The translations under genes were made by a program, and so were the position numbers. From Thalia democratica (lineage: Eukaryota), in the NCBI GenBank assembly GCA_965202585.1, contig OZ241828.1, positions 4,464,001 to 4,528,000 of the forward strand: a DNA stretch of 64,000 bases, read 5' to 3'. A model generated the notes under the pieces. It ran no database searches, had not been told where the DNA came from, and saw nothing but the letters and a program-made list of their open reading frames with translations. Below are positions 1 to 12,980 of this stretch, in pieces (position 1 is the stretch's first letter; each line of letters begins with the position of its first letter).

Positions 1-109
1 TTCCCAGAATTGACTTTTTTACTAAAGTAATGTTAACTCTGCTGTTTTACAAAAACAAAATTGTATATGTTTTTGGTTTAGTTTTTGGTTTTAGTTTATG
101 ACAAAAACG

Positions 110-750
110 CTTTTTGTAGATAGTAGTGATAATAAGTTATGTTGTTACTGATAGTTAGTAAGTTATAACTATTATCGAATAAATGCCAAATTTAAAAAAA
201 AAATCTTTTTATTTAAACCTTGCGTTTAAAACAATTATTTCAAAAAAAAAAAACTGTTGAGAGCTAGTTAAATCTAAACAGAACTTAAAAGATTGTTTTT
301 TTTTTCTATACTTAAAAGCTTTAGGTTTTTTGATAAAAATAACATAGGTGACTAAATTTACTTTTATTTGATTTATGCTATACAATACTTTACAATTTAT
401 TGTATTTACGTTTGTTTAATTTCTAGTCAATTTTTTTGTATGAAAAGCTTAAAATTATAACATAATTATATAAAAACTTTACTTTTAGCGCCTATAGTAA
501 GATAATATTTTCACAATAACAAAGATTTGTCTTATTCAAATTAAGTATAATCTTTCTTTTTGTGTTTTAATACATGTAAAATCTTTAGAGTCGCGCTAAC
601 CTGCTTAAGGGTAGTAAAGTATTATTAAATGCTAGGTATTTTATTTTATGTGAAATTTGATTAACTAAATTCTTTTACTCTTCTCAATAATTAAAGACAC
701 TTCGAAAAGGTTGTTATTTAATTACTAACTTCAAAAAAAGTTATTTACTC
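110..750. repeat. Upstream module, copy A (paralogous to 5325-6335 and 32925-33965)
   Basis: Shares ordered anchors with the other two copies: gttgttactgatagtta, cataggtga, tagtaagata, aaagacacttc-aaaaggtt. More diverged than copies B and C. Confidence 0.7.
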
Positions 751-3654
751 TTCACAAAATGTTGCACACAGTTTAATGGTTAAATAATTTTTACACTATC
801 GAAGTTAGTTTAGAAAATATATAAGTTTATTTAAAATTAAAGGTTGTTTTTAGTAATCTATATCATGTTTAACTTTTGAAAGTTTATATTTCAATGAATA
901 ACATTTTCTTATTACTAAACTATTTAAAAATATATATACGTACATAAAAAACTAAATAATAAACGTTCATTTCGTGGTGTGTTTGAAATAAATCATTTAC
1001 TTATTTCATCGACTTTCAATTATTTAAAAAGAATTAAGTTCTACCATCTGTAGAATTTAAAAAAATTATTTTTTTTTAAAAAACCTTGTCAATATTTAAA
1101 TGCGTTTGATCTACTTCACAAACTTTAGGCATAAATTAGATAACAATTTAAACTAAACGAACTATTTTAATATGTTCAACAACAGTTCAATAACAGTTTG
1201 TTTTATGTGAAGCTAGAAATAAATATATACTTTTTTTCAATTAATTTTGTTTTGATTTATAAAAAAATACATAGTTATATGTTTGTATTAGAATGTTCAA
1301 ATTTCAGTAAGTTAAAGCAAACAATTTCTTAAATTTTTTTACAACGGTTAGTAAATAAAAATTAACAAAAAATCAGCAGTAGTGTCTATTATTTTTGTTT
1401 TTTAAGAATAATGTATAAGACTTACTTCATTAAAACTTTACAGGTTATAAAATAAAATAAAAACAAAAGACTATAATCAAAAAAAAGTTTAATTTTATTA
1501 AATTTAGTAAGATTTACTTTCAGTATCTTTTGTAATGGATTTGTTTGATAGAAAGTGTTTCAGTAAACTATTTGTTTATATTTAATAAAATTAGTTGAAT
1601 TAATATTGATTTCTGAAAAAACCTTGTTTTATTTTGTACCTTTCAAAACAATAAAACTTTGAATAAACGTCAGTGTTGCTAACAAAAACTATATGTAGTT
1701 GTTTTAATAAAAATAAAACTATTTTGAACAAAAAAACTTATAATTAAATTTACATAACTTATGTTATGATTATATATCTTTTTTCTGTTGAAAAATTAAA
1801 AAGTATCAATTAAAAGTTTTTAACGAATTTTACATGAAGTAAATCATAAAATACAATTTATAAACCAATAAATTTTACAAATATTATTCTAATTTTTCAA
1901 TTAATTTTGTATAGTGCAAACTTTTTATCTTTTTTAGTATTTTTTATGACTTTATATATTCACATAAAGATTTATATATTCAAGTCTTCAAGAAAAAAAT
2001 TCAAAAATGATATAATCAATGTTTGGATTGCTTTTCATTTTCAACCACAGGGCATCAATATTGCAAACAGCTTAGATAAAAATCACATTCTATTTAATTA
2101 AAATAAAAAGTTAATAATTTTTGTTAGTTTAGTTTAAACCTCATCAACTTTAAAATTCAACTTGTGGCATATATTTCTCTTGTTTTTGTTTGTTTTTATG
2201 AAATAAAAAATATGTCAATTTATAAATATAACACGAGTAGATAACTTGCAGATAACACATGTTTTACTAATATGTAGTATAAACAAGATAAAAATATATA
2301 TAAATTTATTTAATTTTAGTTTTTATTGCTTAAAGTCAGCATCGTAAATTAACAATGTTTTGCTACTTTTATTACGAATATGAATTACTTATAATATAAT
2401 TAAATAATGTTACTACAATTTACTTTACAGTTACATTTACTACAAAACAGTTAAATTTTATACTTTTTTGCTATAACTGAATAAACTTAATTAAAACTTT
2501 ACTTGATATAGATTTTTATACGTTTTTCTCATAGCTAACAGAACTATATAGCTTTTTTATGAGCTACATGGTTAATCACTATTCAAGTACTTTTCTTCGA
2601 ATTTGAAGCTATAAATAAAATAAAACAACATGAAGACATTATTTCTTATGTTCATTGGCGAAACACACTTATTTGTACATATGCAAAAAAAAAAAATTAT
2701 AGTTATTTTGTACTTAAGGATAGATATACCAATTTAAATAGAAACATGTCATTTTGCTTTTGTTAAAACAAATAGCAGACTTTTACTCCAAATAAAAGTG
2801 GTTTTTATTAAACATTTACACTTTTTTTAGCACGGAAGTTTCACATTTTACAACATTTGATTAAGGACAGTGCTATGTAAATATAAATTATTTTTCGTAA
2901 ACATTCATTTATTTTCAAAGGTGAAGTCGTTTAGTTTCCTAGATTTAATAAAATTGTTTGACATTTAAAAAGCAGTTAATTTTTGTTTTGAAGTACTTAA
3001 GTGTTGATCGTTTATCGCATTATTTGGAACAATACTTTGTAGTCAGCATATAACATTAAATTAATAATCTGATATTTCTTTTAAAATATAGAAAATAATG
3101 AGACAAAAAGAAAATTGTTGGAAATAATTAAACAATTTGATTTGTTTTACTTTTATTACTATTGGAAACATTTTACTTTAAAAAATGTAAATAACGAGCA
3201 TTCAAAATACGCAATGTATTACTGTAAATAAAAAATAACAAAACTGTTTTTTTATGAATTTTTATTATGCTATACTAGTTATTAAAGTATATTTAAAGTT
3301 ATATTATTAGTAAAATTATTTGGTATATCATTAAATAAGTTTATAAAGAAGTCAGGGTTGAAATTGTTAGCTTTAATATTTCCTAAATATTTTATCGAAA
3401 GTTGTTTAAATTTTATATTAAGATAAATATAATTTATTTCATAAATCTGTAAAACTGTAAAGTATAAATCATACCTAGATTTTGTTATACTAAAGATTTT
3501 TGTTTGTACACATTCAAAAATTCTATTTATAAAGTAACATATAAAAGACCTAACGAGACCTTAAGTACAATTTTTTAAGTGTATAAGAGTATTTAAGAAT
3601 TAAGTTCACAGTTACATGTTTTAAATTGCAAGAAGTAGAAGAGCTAAAACCAAA

Positions 3655-4368
3655 TTATTTCTGATGAGTAAGCAAATGCCTATTTCTACTGGAACTTTGC
3701 GTAAATCTTCTTCCACAAATATCACATCTAAACGGTCTATCACCAGTGTGAATTCTGATATGAGTGTTTAAACTATGTTTTTGTGTAAATCTTCTTCCAC
3801 ATATATCACATCCAAATGGTCTATCTCCAGTGTGAATTCTATTGTGAGTGTTTAAACTTGATTTCAGTAAAAACTTTTTTTTGCAAACTTCACATTCATG
3901 AGGTTTTTCTTTAGTGTGAACCAACATGTGACGATTCATTACAAATCTTCCTGCAAACTTCTTCTGACAAACATCACATTGAAACTCTTTCTTACCATTA
4001 TGTATCAACATGTGTCTTGTCAAGCTAGATATTTGTGTAAAACATTTATCACACTGTTCACATTTAAAAGGCTTATCATCAGTGTGAACTATTGCATGTT
4101 GTTTTAAATTACTTCTTTTGGCAAAACATCTTTTGCAAACATCACATTGATAAATCTTCAAACCAGAATGAGTGAGCTGATGTTGTGTCAAATTACTTTT
4201 CTGAACAAAACTTTTATCACAAACATCACATTTATAAGGTTTTTCTCCTGAATGAATTCTTTTGTGACGAATCAGGTGAGATCTATTTATAAAACTTTTT
4301 CCACAAATATCACAAACAAGCTGTTTATTATTGTTTGAAAACTTTGAGCTAGTTTGAGCAGTATTCAT
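3655..4368 (-). CDS. C2H2 zinc-finger protein, 8 fingers, intact (ZF locus 1)
   Basis: ORF 3655..4449 has 8 complete C-x2-C-x12-H-x3-H fingers. Likely start is MNTAQ at 4368, because paralogs start at the equivalent Met and an acceptor (ttttctag) lies just upstream. Ends HQK-stop like its paralogs. Confidence 0.93.
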   Translation of the reverse strand: MNTAQTSSKFSNNNKQLVCDICGKSFINRSHLIRHKRIHSGEKPYKCDVCDKSFVQKSNLTQHQLTHSGLKIYQCDVCKRCFAKRSNLKQHAIVHTDDKPFKCEQCDKCFTQISSLTRHMLIHNGKKEFQCDVCQKKFAGRFVMNRHMLVHTKEKPHECEVCKKKFLLKSSLNTHNRIHTGDRPFGCDICGRRFTQKHSLNTHIRIHTGDRPFRCDICGRRFTQSSSRNRHLLTHQK

Positions 4369-5324
4369 ACTTTTACAACTAGAGCTAGAAAAATATTTTA
4401 AATAGTACTGAAAAGTTTGAATAGAAATAAACCTGGTATATATAACCATTTAGACAATACATTTATGTAATTTTTTTAAAAAGGAAACTAAAACCAGTAG
4501 ACTCTCAATTAAATTAATTGAAATATATAATATAATTTATATACACAAAAATTTCTAGTATAAATATCTTAAATCTATTCTTAAACAGAAAAATATGTAT
4601 AAACAACTGTTTAAATGTTTGAGTATACAGGTTATTCAGAGTTATAAACATAACATAATCAAACTTTCACAAATTTTGAAAACTTGTTTCTTGCTTACCA
4701 AGATTAGCTTATTAAAATTAATTTGATGGCTCTATATTAATTATAATATTATTTTTTTATTTTATATAATAATTATAAACAAAACTTTTTGTATTAAATA
4801 TAAATTTATTAGTTATTTGTATGATAAACGTTTATAGTTAAATGCAATATAGAATACACTATTTTAAAAAGTATATTTTTATTAGTTTATTACTTATCTT
4901 TATGAGCATAAATTATTGATGTATTGACATTGTAGTCTAAAAAAATTAAAAACTAACTTTTTATTTTCATAACTCGGATGTTACAAGGTATCTTAACTTT
5001 TAAAATGTCGCTTAAGTTTAAAAAAAAAAAACTGAGAAAACAAAATATTCAGAGCATATTTTACACTATATTAAATTTACAGGGTTCCTTTTTTTTTAAA
5101 AGTATAAATTACATCATTCACAAAAAAAAATAAATTAAAATTATTCAATTAAAACAATAAGTTTGATTTGTATTCATTTAGATTTTATTTTATCATACAA
5201 GTTAATTAATAATTATAAAATAGGAAAAATTTTTAGAAGACAAAACTTGTAAACTCTCTATTTCAATAGCAGAGAGTTGCAATATGTTGAGTTTAGTCTT
5301 TAGTTATAGATATAAATACAACAT

Positions 5325-6335
5325 TCACTTATTATAGATAGTAAATTTAATAAGTTTTGTTGTTACTGATAGTTAAGGAGTTAAAACTAAATTTGAATTA
5401 TTACCAAATTTAAAAACTTGTTATAGATTTTTTTATCATAAAAATAATTTTTTCAAACAGACAACACATTAAGAGCTAATTAGTTTAAAATTTAACAAAA
5501 ATTAAAATTTAGGTTATTGTGTTGGAAACATTTCCTTTTATTTCATAAGTATTTATAAACTTACTAGCCTATTTTCAAACAAAATAAATACCATAGGTGA
5601 CTAAAAGTACTTTGATATTTTATAATTTATCGTGTTTAAGTATGTTTAATTTTTAGTTAATCTACTTATAATTTAATATTTTAAAGGTATAACTACAACG
5701 AAAATTAAATAGCATTAAATAAAATTATATTTACGACGGTTGTAGTAAGATACTATTTGCCCAATAAGAATATTTTATTTTAATCAAACTATATTAAATT
5801 GTAAAAATTATTAATGTCGAGAAAATCCGCTTAAAAAAAAGTTTTTGCTAATATTAAACGCGACACATTTTAATTTTTATTTGAAGTACAGTCAACTAAA
5901 TACTTTTACTGTTCTTAAAATTTAAAGACACTTCAAAAAGGTTATTATACATTGGCTAGCTTAAAAAATAAAGGTAAAACCGTTTATTTTGATTGTAATG
6001 TTTTAATTTTAAGAAAAATAATTTGTCAACAACATCTTATAACATATTTTACACCTTGATCGTTATTACTTAAATATAAATTTTTCTTAGCTGTTTGTTG
6101 GACAAAACAACAAAATTTAAAAACGGTCATCTAAATAGTTATAAAAATTTAAATTTCAATATGTACAAAAACTGCTTAACAACATTTAAAAACTATTTAT
6201 CAGCAAAAAGTATTTTAAATTACTTAAGTACTGTAATTTAAGTTAAAGTATCTTTTATTTCAAACTAATTTATTTAAATAGTTTAATTGTTTCACTAAGC
6301 ATCAAGTTATATGATGTATAGCTACTATAATAATC
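5325..6335. repeat. Upstream module, copy B, about 1-2 kb 5' of ZF locus 1
   Basis: Colinear with 32925-33965 over about 1 kb: aggttattgtgttggaaaca, ccataggtga, gaaaatccgct, aaaaccgtttatt, ttgatcgttattac, tatagct-ctataataat. Confidence 0.85.
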
Positions 6336-8629
6336 TTATTTTTTTAAGATATTAAAAAATTATTAATTTAAAATAATAATGTAAAATACTAACAAGCTTG
6401 TGATGAAAATGACATATAGTTTCATAAAATAGTTTGTAAAAGTAACTAATAGCATTTAACTAGCGTTTAATCTAATAATTTATCAATATATATTTATATT
6501 ATATAATTATATTATATTAATTAATTATTTATAATTATATTTATATTGTAAATTCTAAACATTTATTGCAGATACTTTTTAAACTATAATTCTTTTTTTT
6601 TGTAAATCATTACTAATAATATGTAAAGGAAGTTTTATCTTATTAATATTCTAAATCAATACAAAAACTATTACAAAAACTGAGTTATATATTTAAAAAA
6701 TGTTTTCAAATGTAAAAGTTTTTCAAATTTTAGAATATAATCGTAATAACTTTTATCTTTTTGATTTTGTTAAAAATAAAAACTAAATTTAAAACTTAAG
6801 TTTATTAAATATAATTTAATACTTAAAAACTTACTTGTTATCACAGTACACTTAGTAATATAAGTTGTTCGAAATTAGTTCAGCAGTATACTTTAGCAAT
6901 TAACATTATCAAACTTAAAAATTAATGCTTTCTAAACTTCTGTAAAAATATTATCATATAAAGATTATTTTAATGTTAGCTAAAGCACCTGAACACAACA
7001 TTAAAACTATACAGTGAAGAGGTATTTTTAAAGATATTACTTTAAAATTTAGTAACGAAAATAAAGTAATTAAAGTAAGTTAATCTTTTTTTAAAGCAAA
7101 ATGCAACAAACAACTCAATTTTATATCTCTATGACAAATAACTGCATTTGGATGTAGATAAAACTATGTTTTTACATGTTAACTTTAACAAAATATTTTA
7201 TAACTAAATATTGAGCTAAATATTTCACAAATATAACAAAAACAAAAGATAATAGAATATATAGTTGAGTAACGCCATTTTTGGAACTAGACCAATATCA
7301 TGAAAATTATACCAATGATGTCAATTAAACAAGAGATACTTAAAATATTACAACAAGAACCTTTTAAAGTGTATGATCGCAGTATAAGTCGCTGTTGGTA
7401 AAATTCATGAAATTTTAATGTAAAATTAAAATAAAGTAGTTTAATTATTACCTTAATAATTTTTCTTAAAGTTTTTGAATTCTTTTGATATAAATGTTGT
7501 ACTAAATACGTACTTTAAATTTTTTAGTTATCGAATACTAATTTTCGTGATCTATGCTTTAAACCAACTGTTTTTAAATTCACATACTATTTCGTTAAAA
7601 TTTTATGACTTTTGATTTTGTTTTTCAATCAAGGGGCTCGTCAAAATTGATATACAAACACTAAATTTAAAGCTTCTTTTAAATCTTAAAGCAAGTGTTA
7701 CTTTTTATTTTATAAACTTTATACTAAAAACTAATCATTTTGTATCTTTGATTTAATTATTTTGTAATATTCTTCGAGGTATTTATTAAAGCAAAATAAA
7801 ATTACAAGATTTATAATAAAACTATTTACAGTAAAAACTATCTTTAATAATTTAATAAAGTAAACTAAAAATAAAAAACTAAAACTATAAGCGCCATTAT
7901 TTTCTAGCCTTTCATTACTTTTTCACATTAACACACAAACTCATTTCATGTATATCAATATTAATATAACTGTATTAATAAATAACCTTTAGTTATTTGT
8001 ATTTTACATATTTTTTTACAAGCCACTTTTTGTTCTTATACATTGTTTTGTTTTTTACTAAACTTTTTACTATATCTCTCTTACTCTTTTATTTGTTAAT
8101 TTTCTAGTTTGAATGATAGGTCAAGTTAGATAGATCAGATACCCGTGCTTTTTACCTACTACGCCGAATAGATTAATATAGAGGATAACTACTCCAGGTT
8201 TAAGCTTGGCACAAAACCTTGTTGATTTATTTTTTAAATTTTAACTTTTATATTGAACACAAGTTCGTAATTCATAATATTTTTCAAAAATTTGTATATT
8301 TTTTTTAACTTTAACACCTTTCTGCTCTTTTCTAAAGCAATATCTTATTATCTACTTAGAATAAAATAAAAATCTAGCTAGATCTCGAAAAATTTAGTAG
8401 TAGTTTGCAGTTTGAAACATAATTTTTTTCTTTTAAGCTCGTTATAAAAATATTTTGGTTTTTTATTACTCAACATGTATAAAAATTAAGCAATCAAAAT
8501 CTACCTACTGTAGTATAAACTTTACGTCTTTACTGTAAATTAGATAAAAATCTGAGATGATATTCTTATGCTTTTTCATACATCAAAAAAGTTTTGCAAC
8601 TTAGAAATAACTTATCTGAGTATGTACTA

Positions 8630-8750
8630 GTTTTTACTCTGCACCATTTTACTTATAAATTTGTTACCGTACAAAACAGTTTTCTTCGAAGTTTTGATAA
8701 ATTTTGTTGCTCTCTTAATCTGAAATGCGACTGAAATTGTTTACCTTGGA
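8630..8750. repeat. About 120-bp dispersed repeat, diverged copy 1 of 3
   Basis: Aligns with 9185-9305 and 11966-12110 (tacttataaatttgttac ... aaattttgttgc-c-cttaatc). Confidence 0.55.
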
Positions 8751-9184
8751 AAACGTTAATGCATGTAACTTTTATTAAATTATTATCTTGTTCTTGCACA
8801 TTTATTTAAAAAGCTTGGACATAATGTACATTATTTTTTTTGTTCTAAAAAAACTTTTAGGGCATTTTAAAAGTGAGTACTAAGTGGGAACTGCATACCT
8901 AAGAAATAACAATCTAAATGGTAAATTACAGTTTGAAAATCAAATTCTATTTTCTCAAAAGTGCTTGCTAATAAGGTTTGTACTCAACAGAAAATACTAA
9001 AAAATACACAATAAAGAATTTGATCATTGTAACTGAATTTTTATTATTTTCATAAAGCATTAAATGGAAGTCTAATTACTTATTAATCAACAGTTTGGAT
9101 GACCGTTTTACACGGTCTAAAAATAATGTTTATATATAGTTTTTTAATCGATCGCGCGCAATTTATCAAATTTAACTCTGAATA

Positions 9185-9305
9185 TGTATTTTATTACTTT
9201 GCAGAATTCTACTTATAAAATTTGTTACGTCACCAAGCATTTTTCACGCAAATTGTATAAAATTTTATTGCGCGCTTAATCATTAGATCTACTTAAACTA
9301 AATTA
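9185..9305. repeat. About 120-bp dispersed repeat, copy 2 of 3
   Basis: ttattactttgcagaattctactta ... acgtcac ... ttgcgcgc matches 11972-12058. Confidence 0.75.
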
Positions 9306-9644
9306 CTTTTCTTATTGTAAGGTATTAGGTTTAAACGTTTTTCTACATATGTTTTTTTCTTTTACATTACATATCACTTTTATCTTTACAAACAGAACTT
9401 TAAAAATGTCTAATTATAGCAAGGCAACTGATACATAAACTGATATTAAAACATTTTAGTTTGTTTTTAATGACATCAATTAATACAGTAAATCTGTAAG
9501 GAAAAAAAATATTTATATTCTTACTTGACAAACTTAATTTCAATTTGCTCTTATATGATAAAATAGCTTTAAAAACTTAGTTTATTTATTTTAATTGGAA
9601 ATAAGCCTATGATTTATTAATATCGTTTTAGACCACCGTCTTAC

Positions 9645-11376
9645 ACGGGTGGGTGTTAGAATGACAGAGAGAAAAAATGACACGGTGTGTCACTTTGGCA
9701 CAGCAACAAATGACACGGTGTGTCACTTTGGCACAGCGACAAAATGGCATGTGCGTCACCTTGGCACGGTGCGTCACTTTGGCACGGAGTGTCACTTTGG
9801 CACGGCGACAAAATGACACGGTGCGTCACTTTAGGACAGCGACAAAATGAGACGGTGCTTCACTTTGTCACAGAGGGTCACTTTGAAACAACGACAAAAC
9901 GACACGGTGCATCACTTTGGCACAGAGGATCACTTTGGCACAGCGACAAAACGACACGGTGCGTCACTTTGGCACGAAGGGTCACTTTGGCATAGCGACA
10001 AAATGACACACGTCACTTTGACACAGCGACAAAATGACACAGTGCGTCACTATAGCATGGATTAACAAACTTATAAGCAAAACTTAACTTCTTTAGTAAT
10101 ATAACTTTTATTTGTAAAATTTTGATAGTAAATAGTTAAACAAAATATTTATTATACTTTTTCTAAACTATAGTAGCTTGATACATTTGAAACTATATAT
10201 GATACAATGCTTTAAAATTTAAGTCATAGTATAAAAACAAAAATATTCTTAAGTTTTATTTTTTACGTTTCACGAATTTTCATATTTATGTAATAGGTAA
10301 AATTTAGTACTTTTTGTCAAACGTTTAATTAATTATTATCAGGAATTGTTATAAAAAATAACTAACATTTAATTTAACACAGAGTTATTTCGTTCTAAGA
10401 ATAATTCATGCGTGTTTTAACTCTAGTTTTTAAAAATACAGAGTTAAGCTGCTTTTGAAGTAACTAGCCAGTTATATTAAATATGTTTTATTATTTAACC
10501 TAGTAGTTTGTTAAACATAAAAATTTTTTTTACTGTTTTTTAAACGACGAAAGGTTATCGCTCGAAAAGTTATATTAAAGAACATTTCAGTTGTTAAGTC
10601 GTAAATCACATGCTTTAAAAATCTATTACGAGCAGTTAAAAATATTTTTTTTTAATGTTAAGTCCTAAATTTCCAAAAACATACAAAAAAATTTTCAACA
10701 AAAGTTAATAAGTTAGGATGTTTACTTAAAACTCTGTATTGAAAATGTATAACAAACTTGTCTAAAAGCAAATAATTAAAATAAACAGTCCTGGAGCCTA
10801 AATTTATACAAAACTAAAAATAGTAATATTAACAATTGAGAGAAAATTAAGAGACTGATGAAACCATTCATGCGCATTTATATATTGATCACTTTTAAGA
10901 AAATTAGGCACTAGAGGTTATACAACTTAAGTCCTAATAAATCACAATTAGTTGTTCTTAAAAATAGTGTATTAAATGTTAAGTTTATTGTCAATTTAAT
11001 TAATTCTATTAAAGTTAATACTCTAAGTGTTTTTTTATTTTTACCAAACTTTGTAGCCTAAAATATAAAGAATTTAACTTAAGAGTATGACAGATATTAT
11101 AATATTTATTATAATATTACAGTACGTGTTTCATTTTATTTTATGAAGTCACAATTAAAAATTCCTGCGGTTTTTGTTTTTAAAGTTGATCAATGTGATT
11201 GTTGCTGATTCTACAAAACCGGTTAGAAGACAGGAAACCGAAAAGTGATGCACCGTGCTAAAGTGACGCACCGCGCCAAGGTGACGCACCGTGCCTTTTT
11301 GTCGCAGTGACAAATTGACGCACTGTGTCTATTTGACGACCGTGTCAATTTGTCGCTGTGTCATTTTGACCCGCTT
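9645..11376. mobile_element. Non-autonomous Mutator/foldback-like DNA element with internally repetitive TIRs
   Basis: Left arm 9647-10052 and right arm 11240-11378 are inverted copies of the same modular repeat. An exact 9-bp direct repeat CCGTCTTAC flanks it at 9636-9644 and 11377-11385. The AT-rich interior has no ORF. Termini are uncertain by about 2 bp. Confidence 0.72.
9660..10052. repeat. Modular tandem array, 14 copies of a TCACTTTGGCAC-type core in 17-18 bp and 33-34 bp units
   Basis: Units such as aaaatgacacggtgcgtcactttggcacagcgac, interleaved with shorter ggtgcgtcactttggcac subunits, are directly visible. Confidence 0.92.
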
Positions 11377-11472
11377 CCGTCTTACTAGGCTTATAAATAA
11401 CGTCATACATTATTATATACGTCACTAAAGTCTAGCAAATTAGAAATTTCTTTTCTGAATGTATATTTCATG

Positions 11473-11965
11473 GGAACGGGTTTAAATTTCACGGAGGAAC
11501 AAAATTACACGAAGACGATTTTGCACCAAGGGTAAGTTTTGCACGAAATTAATATTTTTAAGACAGTAAAAAATACAGATAAAATAAAAATAAATAAAAA
11601 CTTGAATAAAAACAATAGGTTACTGACTGAGGGTAATGGTTAGGGGTAACATTTACAGTGAAAGTTTAAAAAAATTTCTAATATCATTAATAAAAAAAAA
11701 TAAAACGAAATAAAAAAAATAAAATAAAAATAACTTACAGACCGAGGGTATAGGTTAGGGGTAACAGTGATAGTATGGTAAATAGCTAAAAAATTAAAAT
11801 TAGTAAAAAAAAAAGTAAGTTCAAACAGTGCAAAAATGTCTGCTCGTTTCAAATTTTGTCGTGCAAAAAAGACTTTTGTTGTAAATTATCTTCGGTCAGT
11901 TTTATGCCCTCGTGCAAAAATGTCGTTGTGCAATTTTGTGGCCTTGTGAAATTTTGACAGCTTCA
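11473..11965. mobile_element. MITE-like element, 493 bp, with imperfect TIRs of about 60 bp
   Basis: Left end ggaacgggtttaaatttcacggaggaacaaaattacacgaagacgatttttgcac aligns with the reverse complement of the right end, tgaagctgtcaaaatttcacaaggccacaaaattgcacaacgacatttttgcac. CATG lies on both sides (11469-11472, 11966-11969). Two internal gagggta-ggttagggg-taaca repeats. Confidence 0.7.
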
Positions 11966-12110
11966 CATGTTTTATTACTTTGCTGAATTCTACTTACAAT
12001 TTTTTTTACGTCACTAAACGTTTTTCGTGCAAAATGTACGAAATTCTGTTGCGCGCATACTCAGAAATACGACTTAAATTTTGTAACTTAATAATTGATA
12101 ACGCATTAAG
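11966..12110. repeat. About 120-bp dispersed repeat, copy 3 of 3, abutting the MITE
   Basis: Matches 9185-9305 and begins immediately at the MITE right junction. Confidence 0.72.
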
Positions 12111-12375
12111 TTATAAATAGTTTTTAACTTGTTGTTGCTCACTATTCTTTATATAAACAATGCATTGAAGACACAATTTACAGCTGAAAAAATTGAAATG
12201 CCTAAAGCATATTGACTGATGTGGAAGAAACTATCATCCAGCTACTATCATGACTAAAGGATTAAATTAAAATATTATTATTTTCTTTTTTTGAATAAAT
12301 AATTTTAATATTACCTACTTTTAAAATAAGCAAATATTCCTATGAGAATATTCACATGATAATGATGTTATTAAT

Positions 12376-12980
12376 TTAGTAATAATTAAATTTAAAGCTA
12401 GTTTTTCTATAAAAAAAAACATCACAACTAAATGGTCTATCTCCAGTGTGAATTCTAATGTGAGTATTTAAACTTGATTTCTGTGAAAACTTTTTCTTAC
12501 ATATGTTACTCTCATGAGGGTTTTCTTTAGTGTGAGTCAACATGTGACGCTTTAGAGTACTACTTTGAGTAAACTTCTGCAGACAGACATCACAATGAAA
12601 ATCTTTCTTACCACTATGTATCAACATGTGTGTTGTCAAACTAGATTTTAGAGTAAAACACTTGTCACACTGTTCGCATTTAAATGATTTATTGTCAGTA
12701 TAAACTACTGCATGTAGTTTTAAACTACTTCTATGTGAAAAGCATCTTTTACAAACATCACATTGATAGATCTTCAAACCAGAATGAGTAAGCTGATGCT
12801 GTGTTAAATGACCTTTTTGAGCAAAATTTTTGTCACAGATTTCACAACTAAAAGGTTTTCACCTGAATGAACTCTTTTGTGTGTAAGTAATGCAGACTTC
12901 AATTTAAAGTTTTTTCCACAAGTATTACAAACATGTTGTTTTGAATCATTCAAAAGTTTTAAGCAGTGATCAGAATTCAT
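12376..12980 (-). pseudogene. C2H2 zinc-finger pseudogene (ZF locus 2)
   Basis: Starts MNSDHCLKLLNDSKQHVCNTC at 12980. A 1-nt deletion in the GEKP linker (about 12856-12860), His-to-Tyr in finger 3, Cys-to-Ser in finger 6, and the last finger truncated after CDV at about 12419. Confidence 0.85.

Noticed and set aside
9628-10065. Three ORFs (RAKVTH / SLWH repeats) and a CRISPR-like appearance
   Set aside because: The ORFs are by-products of a GC-rich tandem array lacking stops. There are no unique spacers and no cas genes, the context is eukaryotic, and the array has an inverted partner forming transposon arms.
11630-11768. Interstitial telomere
   Set aside because: Only two isolated GGTTAGGG motifs inside a MITE, with no (TTAGGG)n tract.
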